DNA of 43,649 nucleotides from a virus: IMG/VR virus record IMGVR_UViG_3300011742_000001, positions 1 to 43,649 of that record; one strand, 5' to 3'. Shown piece by piece: positions 1 to 8,400 of this stretch (position 1 is its first letter; each line of letters starts with the position of its first letter). The notes under the pieces were generated by a model. It saw only the letters and a program-made list of their open reading frames with translations, ran no database searches and was not told where the DNA came from. The position numbers and the translations under genes were made by a program.

Positions 1-106
1 ACTCAACCTCACTCTGAGGCATCAGCAGCGCAATGGATGCCACGCCGCTGGATATCACGCAGTTGGTAAGGCATACGGCTACATCTGGTACGACACGCAA
101 CCGAAT
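1..106. repeat. Terminal direct repeat: nt 1-106 are identical to nt 43544-43649 (circular-assembly overlap or true terminal redundancy)
   Basis: Both ends read actcaacctcactctgaggcatcagcag...tacgacacgcaaccgaat. An ORF is continuous and in frame across the join. Confidence 0.95.
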
Positions 107-355
107 GGCTATGTCGGTTCACTCTACGGCTGGAACCCGTCGCGTTGCTGGAAAGACGGCGGGCCGCTGATCGCTGAGCAAGGCAAGCGCATCGGCCTGG
201 AGCTGCGGATTTCCGAAAACTCAGCCAGCTTCATTCAGGCCGGGATGCGTATCGGATACATAGCAAGCGACGTCCTGATCGCTGCCTGCCGCGCCATCGT
301 AGGGGCCAAGCTGGGTGACACAGTGCAGGTGCCGGACGAACTGGTGACCCCATGA
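1..355 (+). CDS. 3' part of a DUF2591/NinX-like phage protein; the 5' part is at 43476..43649 (140 aa once circularised; codons start at nt 2)
   Basis: Joined product MSMIEVKTSELEGAALDWAVAKALNL...GWNPSRCWKDGGPLI...VQVPDELVTP. The N-terminal SELxGxALDWAVAKA motif is typical of NinX-like proteins (from memory). TGA at 353-355. Confidence 0.75.
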   Translation, partial: LNLTLRHQQRNGCHAAGYHAVGKAYGYIWYDTQPNGYVGSLYGWNPSRCWKDGGPLIAEQGKRIGLELRISENSASFIQAGMRIGYIASDVLIAACRAIVGAKLGDTVQVPDELVTP

Positions 356-507
356 ACCGCACCCAATCCCTCCCCTACGACGACACCCCCACAGGCCACT
401 CATTCGCAGCGGCGTGGTGGACCCTTACCGGGTTCGGCGTGCTGGCTGGCGCGCTGCTGATCGGCCTGGTTGGCGAGGCGGCGATCTACAAACTTTTCGG
501 AGGTTGA
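352..507 (+). CDS. Small membrane protein (51 aa), below the 60-aa cutoff of the ORF track
   Basis: ATG overlaps the upstream stop (ATGA). Product MNRTQSLPYDDTPTGHSFAAAWWTLTGFGVLAGALLIGLVGEAAIYKLFGG has one clear TM helix. It ends 2 nt before the next start. Confidence 0.45.
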   Translation: MNRTQSLPYDDTPTGHSFAAAWWTLTGFGVLAGALLIGLVGEAAIYKLFGG

Positions 508-509
508 GC

Positions 510-1232
510 ATGAACAACCAGAACATGAGCATCTGGAACCAGGTTGAGAAGACCGCGCCGGAGGCCACCAAGTCCGCCAAGGTCAACGGCCAGCAGATCA
601 CGAGCATCAGCGGCCAGCACATGATCAAGCGCGCCACGGAAGTATTTGGCCCGGTCGGCATCGGCTGGGGCTGGACGGTCGCCGAGGAGCGCTTCGACCA
701 GGGCGGCGAGATCCGTAACGACAAGGGCGAGCTGATCGGGCACGAGATCGGCCACACGATCCGCGTCAAGCTCTGGTTCATGCAGGGCGACAAACGCGGC
801 GAGGTCGAGCAGTACGGGTGCACGCCGTTCACCTACAAGAGCAAGTGGGGCGTCACCACGGACACTGAGGCGCCGAAGAAGTCGCTCACCGATGCCGTGA
901 AGAAGGCGCTGGCGATGCTCGGCTTTAGCGCTGACATCTTCCTAGGGCTCTACGACGACCGCGACTACGTGGCTGAGCGTGAGGCCGAGGCCCAGCTTGA
1001 GCAGGCCGAGAACAAGGAAGCCGAGGTGGCGCGTCAAGCGCAAGAGCGGCTCGACTGGCTCAAGGCTGCACTCGACACGATGGCCGGCGCGCAGACCATG
1101 CACGAGCTTTCCAAGCTTCATGCCTCTTACGTTCGCAGCGCCACGCGCCGCAATGAAGACAAGTTCGTCAAGCGCCTAGCCCAGGCATTCGATGAGCGCA
1201 AAGCCCAGCTTGAGCAGAAGGAGGCGGCATGA
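510..1232 (+). CDS. Single-strand annealing recombinase, Rad52/Sak-like (240 aa)
   Basis: The internal ATG at 510 follows GGAGG. FGPVGIGWGW and KKSLTDAVKKALAMLGFSADIF resemble the Rad52/Sak core motifs. It sits next to Gp157 and SSB genes. Confidence 0.7.
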   Translation: MNNQNMSIWNQVEKTAPEATKSAKVNGQQITSISGQHMIKRATEVFGPVGIGWGWTVAEERFDQGGEIRNDKGELIGHEIGHTIRVKLWFMQGDKRGEVEQYGCTPFTYKSKWGVTTDTEAPKKSLTDAVKKALAMLGFSADIFLGLYDDRDYVAEREAEAQLEQAENKEAEVARQAQERLDWLKAALDTMAGAQTMHELSKLHASYVRSATRRNEDKFVKRLAQAFDERKAQLEQKEAA

Positions 1233-1726
1233 GCGCACTCTACGAGATCACCGGCCAGTTCAAGGAGCTGGCCACGCTGCAGGAGACGGCCGACGAGGAT
1301 CTGGCCGTCGCCATCCGCGACACGATGGCGGGCATAGAAGCCGAGTTCAACGACAAGGCGCTGGCCGTGTCGCACGTCATCCTGAACTTCGACGCCGACG
1401 TTGCTGCGCTGGACAAGGAAATCGAGCGCCTGCAGGAGCGCAAGCGGCTCGTTACCAACCGACAGCGCGAGATCAAGGAGTACCTGCGCGAGAACATGGA
1501 AGCGTGCGGGATGACGAAGATCAGCTGCCCACTATTCACCATCACCCTGGCCAAAGGCCGCGAGTCGGTAGTCGTGGATGACGAGAACAGGATCCCCGAC
1601 GACCTGATGCGCGTGAAGACCGAGATCGCGCCAGACAAGACTGCCATCGCCGCCAAGCTTAAGGCCGGCGAGGAAGTGCCCGGTGCGCGCCTCGAGCGCG
1701 GCCAATCATCCATCCGAATCAAGTAA
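1229..1726 (+). CDS. Siphovirus Gp157-like protein (recombination-module partner)
   Basis: ATGA coupling to the annealase. A 165-aa coiled-coil N-terminus and C-terminal domain resemble Gp157-family proteins found beside phage SSAPs (from memory). Confidence 0.65.
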   Translation: MSALYEITGQFKELATLQETADEDLAVAIRDTMAGIEAEFNDKALAVSHVILNFDADVAALDKEIERLQERKRLVTNRQREIKEYLRENMEACGMTKISCPLFTITLAKGRESVVVDDENRIPDDLMRVKTEIAPDKTAIAAKLKAGEEVPGARLERGQSSIRIK

Positions 1727-1736
1727 GGGGCTATCA

Positions 1737-2177
1737 ATGCCAGTATCAGAATTTGGCCGCATCGGTCGTGACGCCGAACTTCGCCACACCCAATCAGGAG
1801 ATCCTGTCTGCAGCATCCCGGTAGCCGTGGACTACGGCCGGAAGGGACAGGACGGCAAGAAGCCAACGCAGTGGTATGAGGTGACCTTATGGGGCAAGCA
1901 AGCCGAAGGGCTGGCTGAGTACCTGACCAAAGGCAAGCAAGTGTTCTTCACTGGCACCGATCTGCACATCGAGACATTCCCCAAGAATGACGGCACGGAA
2001 GGCGTAAAGCTGGTTTGCCGCTGTTCTGAGATCAAGTTCGCCAGCGATGGCCAGGGGCAGGCGGCGCAACCACAGCGACAGCAGCCACAGCAGCAAGCAC
2101 CGCGTCAGGCGCAGCGGAGCCAGCAGGCCGCGCCGCCGGATGATCACACAGGCTTCGACGACATAATCCCGTTCTAA
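1737..2177 (+). CDS. ssb: Single-stranded DNA-binding protein
   Basis: OB-fold N-terminus (GRIGRDAELRHTQSGDPVCSIPVAV...WYEVTLWGKQAE), a Q/P-rich linker and an acidic tip GFDDIIPF. ATG at 1737 chosen within ORF 1683..2177. Confidence 0.9.
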   Translation: MPVSEFGRIGRDAELRHTQSGDPVCSIPVAVDYGRKGQDGKKPTQWYEVTLWGKQAEGLAEYLTKGKQVFFTGTDLHIETFPKNDGTEGVKLVCRCSEIKFASDGQGQAAQPQRQQPQQQAPRQAQRSQQAAPPDDHTGFDDIIPF

Positions 2178-2189
2178 GGAGGCGCGCAG

Positions 2190-2744
2190 ATGGGCGTACA
2201 ACAGGCCTGCATCGATGCATATAGGAAGCATCGCAATCTCAAACTCGCAGCTGTCGACGTAGGGATACCTTGGCAGACCGTGTACGTCCATCTTCGATCG
2301 GCAGGAGAGCCGGTCATGGGCGACAAGCTGAAATATGGTTCAGACAAAGATCGGCTTGCCGCGCGAGGTGAGCAGCTTTTCTTGCGCCTCGTTCCCGGCG
2401 CACTAAGCCACAACGAGACCATGTTTCAGAGCAAGATCGACTTCAACGTGCGCGATTACGGTGTCGACGTGAAAACCTCGACGCTCAAGTTCGGACACAA
2501 GGCGTGCAAGTTGAAGCGTTGGGCATTCAGCATGAAGAAGCAGGAAATGTACGCAGATTTCTTCGTCTGCTTCTGCATGAGCGAGAGCGGCGACGACCTG
2601 ATAAAAACGCTGCTGATCCCAGGCGAAATCGCGAGGAAATACTCCACGGTTTCGCTTTCCGAGCGAGGCGGCAAATGGGACGACTACGCAGTTGAGCCCG
2701 GCGACCTGAACGCATTCTTCGAAGCACTCCCCGCTAAACCGTAA
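2190..2744 (+). CDS. HTH plus PD-(D/E)xK-like nuclease domain protein
   Basis: N-terminal HTH-like segment (LKLAAVDVGIPWQTVYVHLR). GEQLFLRL...IDFNVRDYGVDVKTS fits a D...(D/E)xK nuclease core similar to Hjc-type resolvases. Motif-level call only. Confidence 0.5.
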   Translation: MGVQQACIDAYRKHRNLKLAAVDVGIPWQTVYVHLRSAGEPVMGDKLKYGSDKDRLAARGEQLFLRLVPGALSHNETMFQSKIDFNVRDYGVDVKTSTLKFGHKACKLKRWAFSMKKQEMYADFFVCFCMSESGDDLIKTLLIPGEIARKYSTVSLSERGGKWDDYAVEPGDLNAFFEALPAKP

Positions 2745-2782
2745 CCCGGGCGCCCCGCGCGCCCTCCTCCCGGTACATCCCA

Positions 2783-3013
2783 ATGCAAGAGTTCAAGTAC
2801 GACCGCGTGCACACGCCGGCCGCGCACGAGGCTGCGCGCCAGGAAATCGCAAGGAAGATGGCAGCGTTTGAGGCTGCGAAGGGGCCGGTGGAAACCCAGC
2901 CGATTCGCGTAGAGGAGAAACTGATCCCCTACCGCATCACCTGCCCGGAGAAGAAGCAGGCGGCGCGAGCCAAGGCCGTGGCGACCAGAAAGGCCAGATC
3001 GGTGGCGGCATGA
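2783..3013 (+). CDS. Hypothetical protein (76 aa)
   Basis: ORF in the operon orientation whose stop is coupled to the next start. No obvious SD. Confidence 0.5.
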   Translation: MQEFKYDRVHTPAAHEAARQEIARKMAAFEAAKGPVETQPIRVEEKLIPYRITCPEKKQAARAKAVATRKARSVAA

Positions 3014-3216
3014 GCAGGACACTGAAAGGCCGGCTTGTCCGGCGCGAGATCAACGGCGTCAGCGAAAAGCTATGCGGCTGCTGCAATGAGTGGAAGCCGC
3101 TGGACGATGATCACTTCCAGTTCATCAAGACGACTGGCGTCTGGCAGTGCTACTGCCGGCCGTGCCTTTACGCGAAGGCTGTAGCGCGGGCGCAGGCTCG
3201 CAGGAAGGCAGCATGA
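3010..3216 (+). CDS. Hypothetical Cys-rich (zinc-binding-like) protein (68 aa)
   Basis: ATGA coupling. Contains CGCC...CYCRPC cysteine clusters. Confidence 0.6.
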   Translation: MSRTLKGRLVRREINGVSEKLCGCCNEWKPLDDDHFQFIKTTGVWQCYCRPCLYAKAVARAQARRKAA

Positions 3217-3422
3217 CCCGATCCGAATACCTAAGCCGCGCTTATGAGTTTGCGCTTCGTGGCGAGCGTCTGCCGCACGCCAGGCTGAACGCTGAAGTCG
3301 TCCGTGAGATACGGACCAACCGCCGCGGGCTCACCGCGCGCCAGTGGGCTGAAAAACTCGGCGTCCACCAACGAACCATCGACAAAGTTCGCGACTACCG
3401 CAGCTGGCGGCACGTCGCCTAG
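3213..3422 (+). CDS. Small HTH protein (69 aa)
   Basis: ATG 3213 overlaps the upstream TGA. LTARQWAEKLGVHQRTIDKV is a helix-turn-helix. Confidence 0.6.
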   Translation: MTRSEYLSRAYEFALRGERLPHARLNAEVVREIRTNRRGLTARQWAEKLGVHQRTIDKVRDYRSWRHVA

Positions 3423-3430
3423 GAGGAGAG

Positions 3431-4087
3431 ATGACTTGCGCGAGCCCGCTCGCCGGTAGGAGGCGCACGGAATACCGGCACTGGACGCCGGCAGAGGACG
3501 CAACACTGGCAGAACTGTATGCCACCAAGCCCATCACCGAGATAGCAGCCTTGATGGGGCGCGGCACTGGCTCGATTCACAATCGCGTGTCGAAACTCGG
3601 ACTGACGCGACCGGATGAGTTCAAGGAAATCACAGGCTGCGGCAGGTTCAAGCCTGGCCACCAGACATGGAACTCTGGCCGCAAAGGATGGCAGGCAGGA
3701 GGCCGGGCCAAGGACACGCAGTTCAAGCTGGGTCACCGGCCATCGAACACCTGGCGCCCCATCGGAGCGGAGCGCACCGACAAGGGCGGCATCCTCTACC
3801 GCAAGGTGGCGGACACCGGCAACAAGCGCACTGACTGGCGCCCGGTCCACGTGATGTTGTGGGAAGAGCACAACGGCGCCGTGCCGACAGGTCACTTCCT
3901 CGTCTTCAAGGATCGCACCCCCGCCAACATCTCAATCGACAACCTCGAGCTGGTCACCCGCGCGGAGAACATGCGCCGCAACTCAATCGACCGCTATCCA
4001 CCCGAATATCGCCAGGCCGCCATAACGCTCGGCTGGTTCAAGCGGAAGCTCAACAAACTGGAGCAGCACCATGAACAACCTCAGTGA
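3431..4087 (+). CDS. HNH endonuclease (HNH_3-type) with an N-terminal Myb/SANT-like HTH
   Basis: VHVMLWEEHNGAVPTGHFLVFKDRTPANISIDNLELVTRAENMRRN is a classic phage HNH_3 motif. N-terminal WTPAEDATLAELY... Confidence 0.85.
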   Translation: MTCASPLAGRRRTEYRHWTPAEDATLAELYATKPITEIAALMGRGTGSIHNRVSKLGLTRPDEFKEITGCGRFKPGHQTWNSGRKGWQAGGRAKDTQFKLGHRPSNTWRPIGAERTDKGGILYRKVADTGNKRTDWRPVHVMLWEEHNGAVPTGHFLVFKDRTPANISIDNLELVTRAENMRRNSIDRYPPEYRQAAITLGWFKRKLNKLEQHHEQPQ

Positions 4088-4310
4088 TCTGCGCGCCATT
4101 CTCGGCAAGACGATGGAGGGCGTGCTGGCCGGCACTTACTCGATTGAACAAGCGAAGGCTATAGCCCAGGTCGCGGCTGAAGTGAACGCCACGGCGCGCC
4201 TTGAGGTGGACATGGCCCGCGCTACTGATGGCGACTTCCGAGGCTCTGGTTTCATTGACGTCGAGCCGCGCATTCCTCCGCGTGAGCCTCTTCGGAGGAT
4301 CGCTCCGTGA
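4071..4310 (+). CDS. Hypothetical protein (79 aa)
   Basis: ORF in the operon orientation. It overlaps the upstream gene by 17 nt. Confidence 0.55.
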   Translation: MNNLSDLRAILGKTMEGVLAGTYSIEQAKAIAQVAAEVNATARLEVDMARATDGDFRGSGFIDVEPRIPPREPLRRIAP

Positions 4311-4717
4311 CTGAGCGCACCTACACCATCACTGTAACCGAGCGCCAGGCAGCAGAGCTTCAAGAGGCCTGCGAGCTACTGGCGCGGATCAAGATCGGTC
4401 AGATCGACCACGCCATTGAGCGGCTGCCGGGCTTCTACGACCGGCGCGACTGGGAGCAGGTCCACGCCACGCGGCACGAGATACAGCGCCTGGCGAACAC
4501 GCTGATGCCGGAGGCCACAAAGCGCCGAGAGGATGGCGTTGCGTGGGACTTGTATCAGGTCATCCGGCATCGCCTTTCATGGGATCGCGCACACGACCTG
4601 GGAGTCATCCAGTCTGGCGAGCCGCGCAAATGGCCCGAGATGATGGGCGTCTGCTACGACGAACCGCTGGCGATGAGCGGGCTGCCGCTGGCCACAATCA
4701 AGGAGATTGAGCAATGA
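4307..4717 (+). CDS. Hypothetical protein (136 aa)
   Basis: Stop/start overlap (GTGA) with the upstream ORF and ATGA with the downstream ORF. Balanced composition. Confidence 0.7.
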   Translation: MTERTYTITVTERQAAELQEACELLARIKIGQIDHAIERLPGFYDRRDWEQVHATRHEIQRLANTLMPEATKRREDGVAWDLYQVIRHRLSWDRAHDLGVIQSGEPRKWPEMMGVCYDEPLAMSGLPLATIKEIEQ

Positions 4718-5364
4718 ACGACACACTGAAGCTAGCCGGGCGAATCGGCGCTGAGCTGGGGGCTGCGAAGGCGGATAACGAGAAGCTGCGCGGGTTGCTG
4801 CGCCAATTGCGCGCGCTGCTGGCGAACAGCTCATACAGGATCAGCGGCACCGCGGCGTTCCTGCACAGCATCGACGCCGCCCTATCCCCGCAGGCCGAGC
4901 CAGCCGACGCCTTCACCGCCGTCGACATGGCCACAGCCGCAGCGCAGGGGTTCAGGGATGGGCAGCCGGCAGTAGAGCAAGCCCCGGCGCAGGATGAGCA
5001 GCCCGCCGTGTTTTGGGTGCTGTTCGACGCCACCGGCCCTGAACGCTTCATCAAGAAAGATGTGAGTGACGGTACGCTGGCGTTCTTTGACAGCGAGGAC
5101 GAAGCGCAACGAGCCAAGCGCCGCCACCCAGGAACCGACTACAAGCGGGTCGAGTATTACCGCTCCCCCATCGCGCAGACCGCCCCGCAAGGCAAGTTCC
5201 GCATGGGCGACCTCGTGAAGAAGTCCACCGGCAGCGAGTGGGTTGGCCACGTCTGCGGCACCTACTCCACCGCACTGACCCCGGAAGGCTACGCCGTAGA
5301 GAGCGAGGCCCACGCCGGCAGCGTGCAGATTTACCCGGCCAAGGCACTGGAGGCAGTGGAATGA
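4714..5364 (+). CDS. Fusion protein with a C-terminal DfrB (R67 type II DHFR)-like SH3 domain
   Basis: Residues 161-216 ([56 protein letters not shown]) align without gaps to R67 DHFR residues 23-78 (recalled sequence). K32, W38, H62 and S65-Y69 equivalents are conserved. Confidence 0.8.
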   Translation: MNDTLKLAGRIGAELGAAKADNEKLRGLLRQLRALLANSSYRISGTAAFLHSIDAALSPQAEPADAFTAVDMATAAAQGFRDGQPAVEQAPAQDEQPAVFWVLFDATGPERFIKKDVSDGTLAFFDSEDEAQRAKRRHPGTDYKRVEYYRSPIAQTAPQGKFRMGDLVKKSTGSEWVGHVCGTYSTALTPEGYAVESEAHAGSVQIYPAKALEAVE

Positions 5365-5837
5365 GCAAGGTATCGGTTGATCGGGAGCTGCTGGAAAGGA
5401 TCGAACGGTGCTACATGGATGGCATGAGCATCTACGGGGAGTGCGAGGAAATCCGCGCAATCCTCGCCCAAACCGCAGAGGCGGAAGGGGGGATTGACCT
5501 AAAACCCATTCTCGAAGACGTGGAGCGCGAGTACGAAATGGGCGGACTGAGCGACGGACTGTACGCTGACTATGCCAGCGACGTTGCGAAGCGATATGCA
5601 AGCGCCGCCCTGTCAGCCGTGACCGCCGAGCGGGATAGGTTGCAGGAGGCACTGAACTTCGCCTGCAAGGCGCTCTGCCAGGTTACCAGTTCAGACGGCA
5701 GTGGCCATGCAGATATAGCGTTGTCCGTGCTTCGACTTGCCGGTGTAGGCGCAGACGAGCGCGAAGCCCTGGTTGAAGGCTGGAAGGCCAATGTGAAATG
5801 GCGAGCTGATGCCGCCATGGCTGCGAAGGAGGCGTGA
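5361..5837 (+). CDS. Hypothetical protein (158 aa)
   Basis: ATG 5361 overlaps the upstream TGA (ATGA). Acidic, helical-looking sequence. Confidence 0.7.
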   Translation: MSKVSVDRELLERIERCYMDGMSIYGECEEIRAILAQTAEAEGGIDLKPILEDVEREYEMGGLSDGLYADYASDVAKRYASAALSAVTAERDRLQEALNFACKALCQVTSSDGSGHADIALSVLRLAGVGADEREALVEGWKANVKWRADAAMAAKEA

Positions 5838-6029
5838 ATGGCTACCACTGATGAATGGATGCAAAGCAAGACAGGAGACAGCCGGCACGTCGAGCGAGCA
5901 AAGTTGACGCGGATCTTTAAGCCGGAACCATGGATCGTCCACTGCCCAGTATGCCGCGGTTACAGCCTTGAAAAGCGCTGGTGCCACAAGTGCGGAGGCG
6001 CTGGCGTAGTCGAGTGCGTAGCACGCTGA
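5838..6029 (+). CDS. Small zinc-ribbon protein (63 aa)
   Basis: AAGGAGG SD 6 nt upstream. CPVC...CHKCGGAG resembles a DnaJ-type CxxCxGxG finger. Confidence 0.6.
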   Translation: MATTDEWMQSKTGDSRHVERAKLTRIFKPEPWIVHCPVCRGYSLEKRWCHKCGGAGVVECVAR

Positions 6030-6109
6030 CTCCAAGTCAGGCACTCACCCCTAACCCCACCCAAACACACAGCCTGCCGGCGAGAGTCGGCGGGGAGGAG
6101 TTCTGCGCC

Positions 6110-6433
6110 ATGAGCCTGGACGTTTCGCTTTATGACGACGAAGACCGATGCCTGTACGACGCCAACATCACCCACAACCTGAACACAATGGCTGGCGAGG
6201 CTGGCATCTATGAACACCTATGGCGCCCGGATGAAATCGGCGTGACTAAGGCAAGTCAGCTGATTGAGCCTTTGCGCGCCGGGCTGGCTCAGCTAGTCGA
6301 GAGGCCGACCCACTTTGAACAGTTCAACTCGCCGAACGGCTGGGGGCTTTACGTCCACTTCGTACCGTTCGTGGCGCGCTATCTCGAGGCGTGCATTGCC
6401 AACCCAGACGCCGACGTGCGGACCTGCCGATAG
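6110..6433 (+). CDS. Hypothetical protein (107 aa)
   Basis: The internal ATG at 6110 is preceded by GGGGAGGAG. The upstream part of ORF 5981.. is Arg/Pro-rich and unlikely to be coding. Confidence 0.7.
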   Translation: MSLDVSLYDDEDRCLYDANITHNLNTMAGEAGIYEHLWRPDEIGVTKASQLIEPLRAGLAQLVERPTHFEQFNSPNGWGLYVHFVPFVARYLEACIANPDADVRTCR

Positions 6434-6442
6434 GAGATAGAC

Positions 6443-6718
6443 ATGCAGCACACAGACAAGGCGATAGCAGAGTTCGAGGCGTGGTGGGACAGGCAGCCTC
6501 ACAGCGAGCAGTTCGAGGATTTGAAGCAGCAGTTCTGCAGCGTGGCGGTGGCGTTCTATGAAAAGGCGCTAGCTGATTCAGTGAAGCTGGATGGTATTGA
6601 AAGCGTCCATCACCAGCTCGGCATGGTGTGCCTGAACTTCAATACCACTGAGCAGACTCGGGATTTTGCACGGGCGTGCCGCGCAGTGATAGCAGCCGGC
6701 GTAACGGTGAGGGGGTGA
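6443..6718 (+). CDS. Hypothetical protein (91 aa)
   Basis: AGGAGA SD. ORF in the operon orientation. Confidence 0.7.
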   Translation: MQHTDKAIAEFEAWWDRQPHSEQFEDLKQQFCSVAVAFYEKALADSVKLDGIESVHHQLGMVCLNFNTTEQTRDFARACRAVIAAGVTVRG

Positions 6719-6721
6719 GAG

Positions 6722-7069
6722 ATGGGCGCAGAGAAACTCGAGAATCTGCCGGAGTGGTTCCCTGACAAGGTGACCGAACAGCAGATGGCCATGATACTTG
6801 GCACAACCGATCGAGCCCTAGAAGGCAGGCGAAGCCGGAACCAGATTCCCGAGGGCGTCTGGAATCGCATCAATGGACGAATCTACTACAGCCGATCAAG
6901 GTACGAAGAATGGCAAGAAAGCCTATGGCACTGCCCACCGGAGTTGAGCTACGCAACGATACGATCCGCATCCGATTCAGCTGGAACGGGAAGCGATGTT
7001 CAGAAACCCTCGCCCTCCCCCCGACGCAAGCGGGCATTGCCGCTGCATCCCGTCTACGCGATCAAGTAG
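6722..7069 (+). CDS. xis: Excisionase (lambda Xis-like winged helix); its 3' end overlaps int by 160 nt
   Basis: TEQQMAMILGTTDRALEGRRSRNQIPEGVWNRINGRIYYSRSRYEEWQES resembles lambda-type Xis. It lies immediately upstream of int. Confidence 0.7.
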   Translation: MGAEKLENLPEWFPDKVTEQQMAMILGTTDRALEGRRSRNQIPEGVWNRINGRIYYSRSRYEEWQESLWHCPPELSYATIRSASDSAGTGSDVQKPSPSPRRKRALPLHPVYAIK

Positions 7070-8091
7070 TCCAGCAGATCAAGCACGGCATCTTCGACGA
7101 GCGGAAGTATGCCGAGCTCTTCCCCGGCTCGCCGAACGCTATTTCCAGCGTCTCGCGCGGGTTCGGGCAGTACGCCCAGGTCTGGCTCGACAGTCGATCG
7201 ATATCAGAAGGGACGCGCGACAACTACAAGTCGGTGCTCAATATCTGGTGGATGCCTTATCTCGCAACAACCCCCCTCCCCAATCTGACGACCGCCTTCA
7301 TGCGCGAGCTCGTCGTCCAGATCCCATGGACCTCGGACGGCGTTAAGGCGAACGCCATGAACAAGCTGAGCACCATTCTTGAGTCGGCGGTTTCGGACAG
7401 GTTGATTGCGGAGAACCCGATCCAGGCGCTGGATATACCAACGCGGACGGAAGCGAAGGTTGACCCGTTCACGCAGGATGAGGCGGACAGGATAATTGCC
7501 AGGCTCTACGAAACGGAGCACTGGCCCAGCCAGATATACGCGGCCTTCTTTGAGTTCGCTTTCTACACCGGAATGCGGCTAGGAGAGATCGCCGCCCTTC
7601 GCTGGGAAGAGGTCGATCTGAAGAGGCGTACGGTCCACGTCTGCAGGTCCGTAGCGAAGAAGAAGGTCGTCGAGCGGACGAAGACCAAGAAGGATAGGTT
7701 TGTGCTTCTGAATGACCGGGCCGTTCATGCCCTTTTGTTCGCCAAGCAGTACGCCGAGCGGCGCGCGTCCGGCAGCGGCCGACTGACCGATTTCCCGTTT
7801 TGCTTCCCGCCCAGCAAGAGCTCACAGTTCATTCAGCAGACGAGTGACCTGCATCATCAGTGGCGCCCGACGCTGAAGGCGCTGGGTATTCGCTACCGAC
7901 CTCCGTACAATGCGCGCCACACCTACGCAACCATGTGCCTGATGGCCGGAATGACACCGGCATTCATCGCCAAGCAGCTCGGCCATTCGATACAGATTTT
8001 GCTGTCTCGGTATGCCCGCTGGATCGACGGCGAAGGCGATTGGGCCGAGATGCGCAAATTACAGTTTGCCCCAAAAGTGCCCCAAGCGTAG
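6910..8091 (+). CDS. int: Tyrosine integrase with an N-terminal arm-binding domain
   Basis: N-terminal GVELRNDTIRIRFSWNGKRCSETL (arm-binding type). C-terminal ARHTYATMCLMAGMTPAFIAKQLGHSIQILLSRYARW carries the R/HxxR/Y catalytic pattern. The start could also be Met6 (6925). Confidence 0.93.
   Translation: MARKPMALPTGVELRNDTIRIRFSWNGKRCSETLALPPTQAGIAAASRLRDQVVQQIKHGIFDERKYAELFPGSPNAISSVSRGFGQYAQVWLDSRSISEGTRDNYKSVLNIWWMPYLATTPLPNLTTAFMRELVVQIPWTSDGVKANAMNKLSTILESAVSDRLIAENPIQALDIPTRTEAKVDPFTQDEADRIIARLYETEHWPSQIYAAFFEFAFYTGMRLGEIAALRWEEVDLKRRTVHVCRSVAKKKVVERTKTKKDRFVLLNDRAVHALLFAKQYAERRASGSGRLTDFPFCFPPSKSSQFIQQTSDLHHQWRPTLKALGIRYRPPYNARHTYATMCLMAGMTPAFIAKQLGHSIQILLSRYARWIDGEGDWAEMRKLQFAPKVPQA
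8067..8086 (+). repeat. Bipartite repeat TGCCCCAAAAGTGCCCCAAG, a candidate Int arm-type site (copy 1, inside the int 3' end)
   Basis: Near-identical to 8237-8257. The two copies bracket about 150 bp of non-coding DNA next to int. Confidence 0.45.
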
Positions 8092-8236
8092 CACCACACC
8101 TCTGAAACCCGCGAGATAAAGCCTCTTGATTTCTACCGCAAACATCACCATGCAGTTCTAATGGGGGTTTTGGCGGGGTAAGCTCCACGTATTTACTGGG
8201 CTGCAAGCCCTCACAGGCCCACGAAAAACCATACTC

Positions 8237-8257
8237 TGCCCCAAAAATTGCCCCAAG
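8237..8257 (+). repeat. Bipartite repeat TGCCCCAAAAATTGCCCCAAG, a candidate Int arm-type site (copy 2)
   Basis: Direct repeat of 8067-8086 with a 1-nt insertion. Confidence 0.45.
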
Positions 8258-8325
8258 ATTTGACCCATCTCAGCCCGTCCGGGCAACCTCAATTCCCCTC
8301 CAAAAAAACTATTTCAATCTTTCGC

Positions 8326-8354
8326 TTGCGTAGGAACAATGTTCCGCTTATAGT
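8326..8354 (+). promoter_or_regulatory. Sigma70-type promoter of the acr-aca operon: TTGCGT - 17 nt - TATAGT
   Basis: Read directly: -35 at 8326-8331 and -10 at 8349-8354. It lies in an AT-rich stretch about 47 nt upstream of ATG 8401, and an AAGGAGAG SD follows. Confidence 0.55.
8333..8345. promoter_or_regulatory. Perfect palindrome GGAACAaTGTTCC inside the promoter spacer; a candidate Aca1 operator
   Basis: The sequence is read directly. Operator function is inferred from the known autorepression of acr promoters by Aca1 through inverted repeats. Confidence 0.55.
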
Positions 8355-8400
8355 TAACCCATGCCAGCCACAACGGCGAGGCGACCCAAGGAGAGACACC

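Noticed and set aside
4882..5652. A 256-aa minus-strand ORF
   Set aside because: It is antisense to the well-supported DfrB-like gene and its neighbours, and it is Arg/Pro/Gly-rich.
8092..8236. A tRNA 3'-end fragment as the attP core
   Set aside because: No T-arm/acceptor pattern (GGTTCGAATCC...CCA or its complement) was recognisable. The integration target remains unknown.
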